A stretch of DNA of 64,000 nucleotides from Thermoplasmatales archaeon. GTDB lineage: Archaea > Thermoplasmatota > Thermoplasmata > Thermoplasmatales > GCA-001856825. The translations under genes were made by a program, and so were the position numbers. Positions 39,320 to 47,886 of the stretch are shown piece by piece. The stretch is from NCBI GenBank assembly GCA_027345195.1, contig DAHWIJ010000033.1:12860-76859 (forward strand). The letters are read 5' to 3'. The notes under the pieces are model-generated. The model saw nothing but the letters and a program-made list of their open reading frames with translations. It was not told the origin of the DNA and searched no databases. Numbering within the stretch: position 1 is the first letter of the stretch; each line of letters opens with the position of its first letter.

Positions 39320-40240
39320 TTGCGGTCGATGCTCAACCTATCCGACCTCATATCTTCTGCGAAGAGCGGGAACAGGCGTGATATTGGAAAACTCATAACC
39401 ATGATTGAAAACAGGGATGACAATTACTCGGAACTGATGAATGTTATAAAAGGAAGAAGCGGTGACGCATTCGTTCTGGGAGTGACGGGGCCCCCTGGAG
39501 TAGGGAAGAGCTCCCTTATCTCCAGGCTAGCGTCTCAGTTTTCCGCGAGGGAAAAGCTTGCAATAATAATGATAGATGCCTCATCTCCATTCAGCGGGGG
39601 CTCTCTCCTTGGAAACAGGCTCAGGCTGAGCAACACCGACACTATATACGTCAGGAGCATGGCTACGAGAGGATCTACCGGCGGATTGAACCTCGCCCTC
39701 GGAGACGCGATTGAGCTGCTATCGTACCTAGGGTTCACGATGGTGATTGTAGAATCGGTAGGGACTGGCCAGGATGAAACTGACATCCTCCATTATTCTG
39801 ATAAGATACTCATGGTCCTTTCTCCTGGTTTGGGAGACCAAGTTCAGGCCATTAAGGCAGGCCAGATGGAGATAGGGGACTTCATCGTTCTGAACAAGTC
39901 TGATAAACCTGAATCCGTGATAGCAGAGAAGGAGTTGTTGGAAACATTGAGCATTCCGGATTCATCCAAGAAGCATACGCTATTCAAGGTATCCGCTCTG
40001 ACAGGAGAAGGCATTGACAGACTTGCAGAAGCCATAGATTCCTCAAGGAGCGCTGCCCGGAGCGCTCAGTCAGACATAAGCAGGGAGAAGGAGAGGATTA
40101 GGAGGGAAATATTGGCAATCCTGAAATTAAGGGATGAAGACCTGGAAAAATTCGCAAAGTACGTTCTGGAGGGAAGGATGGCTAGGCAGGAGGCTATCAA
40201 CAAGATTATCAAGTTGATGGGGAACGAGACGCACGTTTGA
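39320..40240 (+). CDS. MeaB/ArgK-type G3E-family GTPase (methylmalonyl-CoA mutase accessory protein-like)
   Basis: GVTGPPGVGKSSLI (P-loop), ESVGTGQDE and VLNKSD (NKxD). Start is either TTG 39320 or ATG 39329. Confidence 0.85.
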   Translation: MRSMLNLSDLISSAKSGNRRDIGKLITMIENRDDNYSELMNVIKGRSGDAFVLGVTGPPGVGKSSLISRLASQFSAREKLAIIMIDASSPFSGGSLLGNRLRLSNTDTIYVRSMATRGSTGGLNLALGDAIELLSYLGFTMVIVESVGTGQDETDILHYSDKILMVLSPGLGDQVQAIKAGQMEIGDFIVLNKSDKPESVIAEKELLETLSIPDSSKKHTLFKVSALTGEGIDRLAEAIDSSRSAARSAQSDISREKERIRREILAILKLRDEDLEKFAKYVLEGRMARQEAINKIIKLMGNETHV

Positions 40241-40380
40241 ATTTGGAAACCTCGCTACAAATATTCGCAATTGCGGTAAAGGCTTTTGCCCGCATTGAAT
40301 AGACTGTGAATTTAGGCTACTGACATTCAGAAACTATTTGTAATCGTACACCGATATACTCTGGCAAGGGTGAATTTATA

Positions 40381-41487
40381 ATGAAGATAACAGTTAGTTT
40401 GATTAAGGCCGATGTAGGCGGACTTGCGGGACACTCAAGAGTGCACCCTCAGCTAAAAGATGAGGCTAAGCTTGTCCTGGAAGAAGCCAAAAATAAATCT
40501 CAAATCATAGACTACCACGTCACTTCCGTGGGTGACGATCTTCAGCTTGTTGTGACGCATAAGAAAGGGGTAGACTCCAAGGAAATCCACGGGTTGGCGT
40601 GGGATGCATTCCTGAAGGCAACCGAAGTAGCCAAGAAACTTAAGCTCTACGGGGCAGGACAGGACCTGCTGAAGGATTCGTTCTCGGGGAATCTGAAAGG
40701 AATGGGACCCGGAGTTGCGGAGTTTGAATTCGAGGAGAGAAAGAGCGAGCCAATAGCCGCCTTCATGATGGACAAAACCGAGCCCGGGGCATTCAACCTT
40801 CCGATATTCAAGATATTCGCAGATCCTTTCAACACCCCAGGGCTCGTCATAGATCCCCACATGCACGACGGTTTTAAATTCGAAATATGGGACACCATAG
40901 AGCACAAGAAGGTGTTCCTGAAGACCCCTGAGGAGACTTACGACATTCTTGCCCTCATCGGATCGAAGTACAGGTACGTCATAAAGAGAGTATTCCCTGC
41001 TGAAAGCACGGGGATGTCCAAGGAGGCAGTTGCTGTCGTTAGCACTGATATGCTGCACGAAATCGCGGGCAAGTATGTAGGAAAGGACGACCCCGTCGCT
41101 ATGATAAGGGCGCAGGCTGGTCTCCCTGCTATGGGGGAGATACTGGAAGGCTTTTCCTTTCCACATCTGGTTTCTGGGTGGATGAGAGGGAGCCACAATG
41201 GGCCGCTAATGCCGGTATCAGTTGCTGATGCAACCCCCTCCAGATTTGATGGCCCTCCTAGGGTCATCGGGCTTGGATTCCAGCTGGCCGAGGGAAAGCT
41301 TGTGGGCCCTGCCGACCTGCTAGGGGACAAGGCATTTGATAATGCAAGACAACTGGCAGTGCAGATAACAGACTACATGAGAAGAAACGGACCTTTTGAG
41401 CCACACAGATTACCCGAGGCAGAAATGGAATACACAACACTACCAGCAGTCCAGAAGAAACTGAGATCCAGAATGGTTGACCTATAA
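40381..41487 (+). CDS. fbp: Fructose-1,6-bisphosphate aldolase/phosphatase (class V FBPase)
   Basis: MKITVSLIKADVGGLAGHSRVHP N-terminus; 368 aa, length and blocks typical of archaeal FBPA/P. Confidence 0.95.
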   Translation: MKITVSLIKADVGGLAGHSRVHPQLKDEAKLVLEEAKNKSQIIDYHVTSVGDDLQLVVTHKKGVDSKEIHGLAWDAFLKATEVAKKLKLYGAGQDLLKDSFSGNLKGMGPGVAEFEFEERKSEPIAAFMMDKTEPGAFNLPIFKIFADPFNTPGLVIDPHMHDGFKFEIWDTIEHKKVFLKTPEETYDILALIGSKYRYVIKRVFPAESTGMSKEAVAVVSTDMLHEIAGKYVGKDDPVAMIRAQAGLPAMGEILEGFSFPHLVSGWMRGSHNGPLMPVSVADATPSRFDGPPRVIGLGFQLAEGKLVGPADLLGDKAFDNARQLAVQITDYMRRNGPFEPHRLPEAEMEYTTLPAVQKKLRSRMVDL

Positions 41488-42083
41488 TGCCCAACGGAAG
41501 CTTAAGAGGAATGCTCCTCAAGGACAGAATCATCGATATCCTCCGGGCCGACGGGAAGTCAATTTCTGAGATATATAAGGAAATAAACATGGAGGATGAG
41601 ACAAAGATTCATCGCCTTGCCCTGACCGGTTATCTTTGGGCCATGGCAGATTTCAACGTGCTGAAAGAGAAGTACGTCAAGCCATCAAAACTTTATTTCC
41701 TACTGAAGAAGGATGAGACTTCGATATACGAGATGATTGGGGAACAGACCGCAAATGAGCCGCCTGATAAGCGTGGGGAAGAAGTGCTTTACATTCTTTA
41801 CACCCTCTTTGACAGGCCGATATTTGAGGCTGAACTCGAGAGGGCTGGAGTGACCGGGAACGTGAAGGGGAAGAGATTAGACAAGAGGGAGAGGAAGAAG
41901 CTCATGGGAAAGGTAGACCTGAAGGGATTGAAGATTCCTTCGGATTCAGATGCGTACGTCCCTCTGCCGTCAGCGTCCTACCCCGCACTTGCTCTCAGGG
42001 TTCTGGGGAACATAATATCTGAGAAATACGACGTCAAGAGGGTTAAGAAGGGCATCCAGAAGGAATTGGACAGCGTTCTCTAA
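41487..42083 (+). CDS. Hypothetical protein with N-terminal winged-helix-like domain
   Basis: 198 aa. DRIIDILRADGKSISEIYKEIN...HRLALTGYLWAMADFNVLKEKYVKPSKLYFL looks like wHTH, followed by a Lys/Arg-rich linker. The start overlaps the fbp stop (TAATG). Confidence 0.5.
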   Translation: MPNGSLRGMLLKDRIIDILRADGKSISEIYKEINMEDETKIHRLALTGYLWAMADFNVLKEKYVKPSKLYFLLKKDETSIYEMIGEQTANEPPDKRGEEVLYILYTLFDRPIFEAELERAGVTGNVKGKRLDKRERKKLMGKVDLKGLKIPSDSDAYVPLPSASYPALALRVLGNIISEKYDVKRVKKGIQKELDSVL

Positions 42084-43534
42084 GATTCAAAGAGATTTTT
42101 CAGTATTTTCCTTTCCTTCAGGAACGATAGGTCGTTCCTATAGATGTCCCTTATGTCGTCTAAGGATAGGACTGTCATCAAGAGCCTTTCTAATCCGAGA
42201 CCCCATGCCGCCACATTGTATTTTATCCCCCATGGTCGTAGCACTTCTGGCCTGAACATACCTGCACCTCCGAGCTCCATGTCCTTTCCACGGAACGTAC
42301 CGTGGACTTCGAGAGAAGGCTCTGTGTAGGGGAAGTAGCTTGGCTTTACCCATACATCCTTCACACCCAGGCGATGGTAGAATCTCTCCAGCGTATCCAT
42401 GAGTACTCCGAAGGTGACCCCCCTTCCGGAAATCACCCCCTCCACCTGTGAGAATTCGGCGAGGTGCTTAGCATCGAGATTCTCCCTCCTAAATATTTTT
42501 TCCACCGAGAATATCTTGCACTCTTCCTTAGGGTGTTCCACTATGTATCTTATAGTGTTCACAGTGGTGTGAGTTCTCAGAAGAAGCTTTGAAGCCTCGT
42601 CAAACGACCACTTGTACTGCCATCCCTTTGATCCTCCGATCCCTATTTCATGCACCCTCCTGATTTTCCTGGCCATGGCAGGATCTATTTTCCCCTTTCC
42701 TTTCAGGTAAAGGGTGTCTTGCATATCCCTTGCAGGATGATCCTGAGGAATGAACAGCATGTCCATGTTCCAGAACGCTGTTTCAACTATCTCCCCCTTG
42801 AGTTCGGTGAAACCCATCTCGAGCATCACTTCCCTCACCTCCGCTATGAACTCAGAAAGGGGATGGATCTTTCCCGGAAGGTACCTGGGAGCATAAAGCG
42901 TAGGGTCGTATGGCCTCAGATTCATGCCTTCGCCATACCTCTCTATTATTTCCGGAGTTATCTGATTGATCTCGTCAATCTCTTCAAGCGACTCTGGCGA
43001 TATCTGCTCTCCGAGTGCAGTCAGTTTTACGAGCCTCTCCATCCTGACCTTCTCGCTTATGAAACCCTTCCTGGGCTTCAGGAGCTGCACATCCTCCTCG
43101 CTGACTTTTCCACCTTTTGCGGATTCGAGCGCTCTTCTCGTTCTCTCTATATGGTCTGTCAACCTTTGCTCATTCTCAAGAACTATCTTCCCGTCGACCA
43201 CCTTTCCACCGTTCTTCAGAATCTGGGCAAGACCGTACCGAAGGTCACTTCCCATAATTCCCTCAAGTTCCTCCGTCTTATTCTTCCCTAGTCTATACAA
43301 CTTCAGAAGATTCTCCTCTGGAAGGCCGCTGGAAAGCACCTTTTCCCCCTCAGAGCCGATTGAGAATTGAACTACGGGCTTTTCAAGAACATTGACTAGC
43401 TTCTTCTCCCTCAACCAGGAAATGGAGCTAGCAACCTCGTTCCTGTCAAACAACTTGAAAAGGTCTTCTGCCCCTACGTACCCCTTCCCCTTTAGATATT
43501 TAATGATCTTCTTCTCCCCGTTTGTCAGTTCCAT
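42080..43534 (-). CDS. pheS: Phenylalanine--tRNA ligase alpha subunit (archaeal)
   Basis: Class II motifs including FPYTEPS and GLGLERL; 484 aa with N-terminal wHTH repeats. Confidence 0.95.
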   Translation of the reverse strand: MELTNGEKKIIKYLKGKGYVGAEDLFKLFDRNEVASSISWLREKKLVNVLEKPVVQFSIGSEGEKVLSSGLPEENLLKLYRLGKNKTEELEGIMGSDLRYGLAQILKNGGKVVDGKIVLENEQRLTDHIERTRRALESAKGGKVSEEDVQLLKPRKGFISEKVRMERLVKLTALGEQISPESLEEIDEINQITPEIIERYGEGMNLRPYDPTLYAPRYLPGKIHPLSEFIAEVREVMLEMGFTELKGEIVETAFWNMDMLFIPQDHPARDMQDTLYLKGKGKIDPAMARKIRRVHEIGIGGSKGWQYKWSFDEASKLLLRTHTTVNTIRYIVEHPKEECKIFSVEKIFRRENLDAKHLAEFSQVEGVISGRGVTFGVLMDTLERFYHRLGVKDVWVKPSYFPYTEPSLEVHGTFRGKDMELGGAGMFRPEVLRPWGIKYNVAAWGLGLERLLMTVLSLDDIRDIYRNDLSFLKERKILKNLFES

Positions 43535-43562
43535 TCCAAATCATTATGAGTGAGGTGATAAA

Positions 43563-44207
43563 ATGTTTATGCATCGCGATTCCGATAATACAATGCTGAT
43601 AGGAGCGTTGTTGGCTAAACTCTTTCCTCAACAGTGATGTCATTCTTTCTATCTCTTTCATTTGCAGCTACATATTCCAGCATCACTACCTTCTATTACA
43701 TCCCCTACTATTTTTATCCGGAATAATGCTAGATAGTGCATCCACCCATTGCCTCCATTTCTGTCTACGAGAATGTTGAGTTTGGGTTGTGATTGCATGT
43801 GAAGGCAGCGAAAGAGACCATAGACAGCATTGTAATCCATGCCTTGATCTAGGCGGATCTTTACGAAGAGGTTATAGGTAACATAAATGCGATGGTGAAT
43901 TCGCTCCCGGGTGGCAAACAACAGAGGTTGTGCATATCCCGGGCGATCGTCCTGAGACCAAAGGTCCTGATACTAGATGAACCAGCTGACGCGCTCGATC
44001 CCATTTCAAAGGGTAAGATTGCGAACCTTATTGCGTCACTCAAGAGCAAATACGCTGTAATTCTGGTTACAAACGACATGAACCTAACTAGGAGGGTGTC
44101 TGTATACAAACCTGATCTACAACGGTAAATTCATAGCTGAGGGAACGGGATCCGAGTTCTTTGAGTCAGAGATTGAAGAGGTCAGGGATTTCATTAGTGA
44201 GGCGTGA
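43563..44207 (+). pseudogene. pstB: Eroded phosphate-import ATP-binding protein PstB remnant
   Basis: Reading across frames gives, in PstB order and spacing: LIGALLAKLF (Walker A GPSGCGKS deleted), IRNNAR*CIHPLPPF (compare LRxxVGMVFQKPxPF), SVYENVEFGL*LH (compare SIYDNVAFGLRL), [21 protein letters not shown] (signature), [13 protein letters not shown] (Walker B), ILVTNDM (H-loop), then a frameshift near 44108 into [18 protein letters not shown]...FISEA*. At least 4 in-frame stops or frameshifts. No pstS, pstC or pstA nearby. Confidence 0.75.
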
Positions 44208-44292
44208 TGAATCGCTCCCAGTGTCTCCCTGGCGTTGCCTATGACGCTTCTGCACGGGATATGATTTAATATTAATCAATCATAAGGCTGCG

Positions 44293-45744
44293 ATGCCTGA
44301 AGAAGAACAGAAGAAATATATGCTTACTGCAAAGAAGGCCGAAAATATTAGTGAGTGGTACACCCAGGTTATTATAAACTCTGAGTTTGTAGATTACAGC
44401 GCAGTATCTGGAATGATGGTTTACAGACCGGATTCATATTTCGCCTGGGATACGTTAAAAGAGGCCACCGATAGGCTGTTCAAGGAAGCTGGGGTGCAGA
44501 ACGTGTATTTCCCATTGTTCATACCCGAGAGGTTGCTGGAGAAGGAGAAGGAACATGTGGAGGGCTTCTCACCAGAGGTTGCCTGGATAACTCATGCAGG
44601 GAAGTCCGAACTTTCTGAAAGGCTCGCTGTTCGGCCTACTTCAGAAACAATAATGTACGACAGCTTCTCAAGATGGATTCGTTCCTGGAGGGACCTGCCG
44701 ATAAGGTACAACATATGGGCAAGCGTAGTGAGATGGGAGTTCAAACATCCAACTCCGCTCCTCCGCAGCAGGGAGTTCCTTTGGAACGAGGGGCACAGCG
44801 CATTTGCTACGCTGGAGGAGGCTGAGAAGGAAAGGGATCAGATCCTGGACATCTACGAAAAGGTTACAAGGGAGTATCTCGCCCTCCCCGGAATAAGGGG
44901 GAGAAAAACGGAGAAAGAAAAATTTTCCGGGGCCATAGCTTCTTACAGCATAGAGCATTTAATGCCTGACGGATATTCGCTGCAAGGACCAGACCACCAC
45001 AGCGACGGACAGAATTTCGCAAAGGCATTCGATATACAGTTTACTGACAAGGACGGAATCAAGAAATATGTTTATCAGAATACTTATGCGATAAGCACAA
45101 GAGAACTAGGGGCTATGGTTCTAACACACGGCGACGATAAGGGCTTAGTTCTTCCACCCAAGCTGGCCCGCATCCAGGTGGTGATAATCCCGATATACAA
45201 CAATGCAAAGAAGGATGAGATACTCGACTATTCAAGATTAATCCACGAAAGAATAAAGGACAAGATAAGAAGCTACCTTGATGACAGGGACGAATACACC
45301 CCGGGATGGAAGTATAATGAATGGGAGATCAAGGGGGTACCGATAAGACTTGAAATCGGGAAGAGAGAACTCGGAAGTAGAAAGGTAACGGTAGTGAGGA
45401 GAGATACAGGCATGAAGGAAACGATCAACTTCGACGGCTTAGAGACCACACTTCAGTCTCTGCTAGAGGATATCCATTCAACTCTATATTCAAGGGCTCT
45501 GGATTTTCTGAACTCTCACATTTTCCCTGTAGACAGGTACGAAGACCTCAAGAAATTGGTGGGTAAAGGATTCGTCCAGGCACCCTGGTGCGGGTCTGGT
45601 GATTGCGAGGACAAGGTTAAGGAAGAAACAGGGGCCAAGATATCAAATCTGCCTTCAGACGCTCAGCACAAGGCGAAGGGGAAGAAGTGCGTGTACTGTG
45701 GAAGGGATGCGCTTCACATTGCAAACTTCGCTAAATCGTATTGA
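44293..45744 (+). CDS. proS: Proline--tRNA ligase (archaeal/eukaryal type)
   Basis: RPTSETIMY, REFLWNEGH, the C-terminal zinc domain CGSGDCE...CVYCG, and a terminal Tyr. Confidence 0.95.
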   Translation: MPEEEQKKYMLTAKKAENISEWYTQVIINSEFVDYSAVSGMMVYRPDSYFAWDTLKEATDRLFKEAGVQNVYFPLFIPERLLEKEKEHVEGFSPEVAWITHAGKSELSERLAVRPTSETIMYDSFSRWIRSWRDLPIRYNIWASVVRWEFKHPTPLLRSREFLWNEGHSAFATLEEAEKERDQILDIYEKVTREYLALPGIRGRKTEKEKFSGAIASYSIEHLMPDGYSLQGPDHHSDGQNFAKAFDIQFTDKDGIKKYVYQNTYAISTRELGAMVLTHGDDKGLVLPPKLARIQVVIIPIYNNAKKDEILDYSRLIHERIKDKIRSYLDDRDEYTPGWKYNEWEIKGVPIRLEIGKRELGSRKVTVVRRDTGMKETINFDGLETTLQSLLEDIHSTLYSRALDFLNSHIFPVDRYEDLKKLVGKGFVQAPWCGSGDCEDKVKEETGAKISNLPSDAQHKAKGKKCVYCGRDALHIANFAKSY

Positions 45745-45875
45745 AAAGAGTTGGAGAATCAATGCAGTCTATGCAGGAATATTGATTTAAATACAAACGA
45801 TGATTAATTCTATCGTTTGGAAGCCGTAGTGCAGCGAGTTTTGTTCCATTTTGGTCCCGGCCAAAAGAGTATACA

Positions 45876-46091
45876 TTAAGCCTGTTTCACTTCAGATTCT
45901 CGCTGCTTGATCCTAAAGTGGGATAGAGCGATCCCCAAGACGCTAAAGAGTATCAGGACTACAGAAATTGAGTACAGCCCTATATCGTTCCAGTCGCCAT
46001 AAGCGATTGACCATCCCAAGTAGAAGGAAACTGCCCCGAGCAGAAGGGCAAATGAGAGATACTGGATGATATGGTCTCCCGTGAGCTTCAT
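45876..46091 (-). CDS. Small membrane protein (2 TM), unknown function
   Basis: 71 aa with two clear hydrophobic helices and a charged tail. Same strand as, and close to, the upstream membrane gene. Confidence 0.45.
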   Translation of the reverse strand: MKLTGDHIIQYLSFALLLGAVSFYLGWSIAYGDWNDIGLYSISVVLILFSVLGIALSHFRIKQRESEVKQA

Positions 46092-46153
46092 TTGAAGGGT
46101 ATAATGACCTTCAATAAATTAACTTTCTCATATTAATGATGAGTTATCCATCA

Positions 46154-46600
46154 CTACAATCTGATAACGCTCCCCTCATTTTCTATCCTGCCTACAAAGT
46201 AAATTGCCACAGCGTATGCCACTATAGAACTGACGGCGCTCATTGCCATACCTATAGAGTATCCAAAGAACTGCCCCTCCAGAAGGAATGATATCCCATT
46301 GTAAATTGCGCTGACTACCGCAACCAGTGCAATTATTCCAGTCACCTTCAGGGCTCTAGATTGAGATTTGGAAGATAGGATCAGGAAATTTATTGATATC
46401 GCAAGGACCAGTATAGCAAGAATCATGTGGGTCCGAACCTGCCAGAAGTGAGAAAAGTAATACAGGAGGGCATAAACCCCTTCACCCTTGGACTGAGGAA
46501 GACTTAATTCTAGATTGATTGTCATGCCCAGCCAGAACTGTACTAGTATAATGCCCAGAAATGTGAAAATGTGTATTTTCATTGACCTTATAGGAGACAT
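46154..46600 (-). CDS. Membrane protein (4 TM), unknown function
   Basis: 148 aa with four hydrophobic segments and a His pair in FSHFWQVRTH. No family recognised. Confidence 0.55.
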   Translation of the reverse strand: MSPIRSMKIHIFTFLGIILVQFWLGMTINLELSLPQSKGEGVYALLYYFSHFWQVRTHMILAILVLAISINFLILSSKSQSRALKVTGIIALVAVVSAIYNGISFLLEGQFFGYSIGMAMSAVSSIVAYAVAIYFVGRIENEGSVIRL

Positions 46601-46880
46601 TGGTTGATCTGCGCCTTCAATTCTCCAGGACCTTCATTATAAAAATCCTTCGAAATTCAGAAGGCTAATTTTCAAAACAACACTTCTGGTTGTGAAATGG
46701 TTGCCTCACTCGGAATGCCACTTTCTCTATGACTTAGTTCTAGGCGGAACCAATGACATTTTCTTAAATCCGTTCAAAATGGTTGAAAAATCTGTTTCTC
46801 TTCATTCCTTTCCCTGGTCCCCAAATAGCGCTGAAGCTGGTTTTGACCACTCAGCATGCTAGTGGAGATATTTCTTTATT

Positions 46881-47273
46881 CTAAGCAGTTATCTTTATGC
46901 CGCTCCCTCTCATCTTCTCCGTAAAAGCCTTCATTTTCTCGGCGAGGTCGTCGTCTATGAAATGCTCGAAGAAGCACGCTCTTTCCCTGGCAGTGCGCTC
47001 GTCACACCCGATCAATCTCAGGAGGTCGTATATGGAGCCCTCTTTCTTTTCAAGTTCATTCAGTACTTTCGCTCCCTTCTCTGAAATTGTCATGCCACGG
47101 TATTTATGATAGATTATGAGTCCATCTTCTGACAGCTTGGTAAGCATCTGGGAAACGGACGCGGGCGTAACCTTCAGGTACTCGGCTATCTCAAGAGGTC
47201 TGGCATAGCCATGTTCCTTGATAAATCGATCAATTGTCTCCAGATATTTCTCCCTGTCTTCGTTAGATTTCAT
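46881..47273 (-). CDS. DtxR/MntR/IdeR-family metal-dependent transcriptional repressor
   Basis: EKYLETIDRFIKEHGYARPLEIAEYLKVTPASVSQMLTKLSEDGLI (wHTH) followed by the metal-binding/dimerisation helix region ...ERACFFEHFID... Confidence 0.85.
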   Translation of the reverse strand: MKSNEDREKYLETIDRFIKEHGYARPLEIAEYLKVTPASVSQMLTKLSEDGLIIYHKYRGMTISEKGAKVLNELEKKEGSIYDLLRLIGCDERTARERACFFEHFIDDDLAEKMKAFTEKMRGSGIKITA

Positions 47274-47433
47274 GCCAACTAAATAATTGAAACGTAGTAT
47301 ATCTTTTATCGTGCACCACTTTGCGCATTCTTACTGCTCACCGTCAAACCTATCCCAAAGGGATTATTCCTTAGCCAGGTGAGCTGTCCGGTTGAAAGCA
47401 ATTAGTTGTACGGAGCTGGGACACGCTGCATTC

Positions 47434-47577
47434 TTATTTCCTAGTTAACCCCAGAATTATGAGCACTAGGCCCAGCACCAGGAGGGCAAGGTAGGCAGGG
47501 TGGAAACCCCTAATCACATAAAGCGCAACCACCAATGCGATTTCAATGAAACCAATCGCAAGATATCGCAGTATCAC
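47434..47577 (-). CDS. Possible 47-aa two-TM micro-protein
   Basis: My translation from GTG is VILRYLAIGFIEIALVVALYVIRGFHPAYLALLVLGLVLIILGLTRK*. Below the track length cut-off, with no homology evidence. Confidence 0.25.
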   Translation of the reverse strand: MILRYLAIGFIEIALVVALYVIRGFHPAYLALLVLGLVLIILGLTRK

Positions 47578-47763
47578 TTCATTTTATTGCTAAATGGGAT
47601 ATTAACTTCTGCCCCTTCCCGGCTCTTTTAATTTTTGGATTCAGTCAATCATGATTGGGGTTGGGGACTCCTGCCTACCACCTTCTTGACATATTGTGAG
47701 CATAGGCAACTCGCAAAATGAAAATTTTCCGAAATCGTTTAGACGAAGGGATATAGGGGCATA

Positions 47764-47836
47764 TGGGCCCGGCCGGATTCGAACCGGCGGTCTCCGCCTT
47801 GTAAGGGCGACGTCATAGCCGCTAGACCACGAGCCC
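47764..47836 (-). tRNA. tRNA-Val (anticodon UAC)
   Basis: The reverse complement folds as acceptor GGGCTCG/CGGGCCC+A, anticodon arm TCGCC-CTTACAA-GGCGG, T arm GCCGGTTCGAATCCGGC. Confidence 0.9.
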
Positions 47837-47886
47837 TGATTCTAGATTTACGAAGGATAATTAATGTTAACTGTCCTTCCTTTGTT

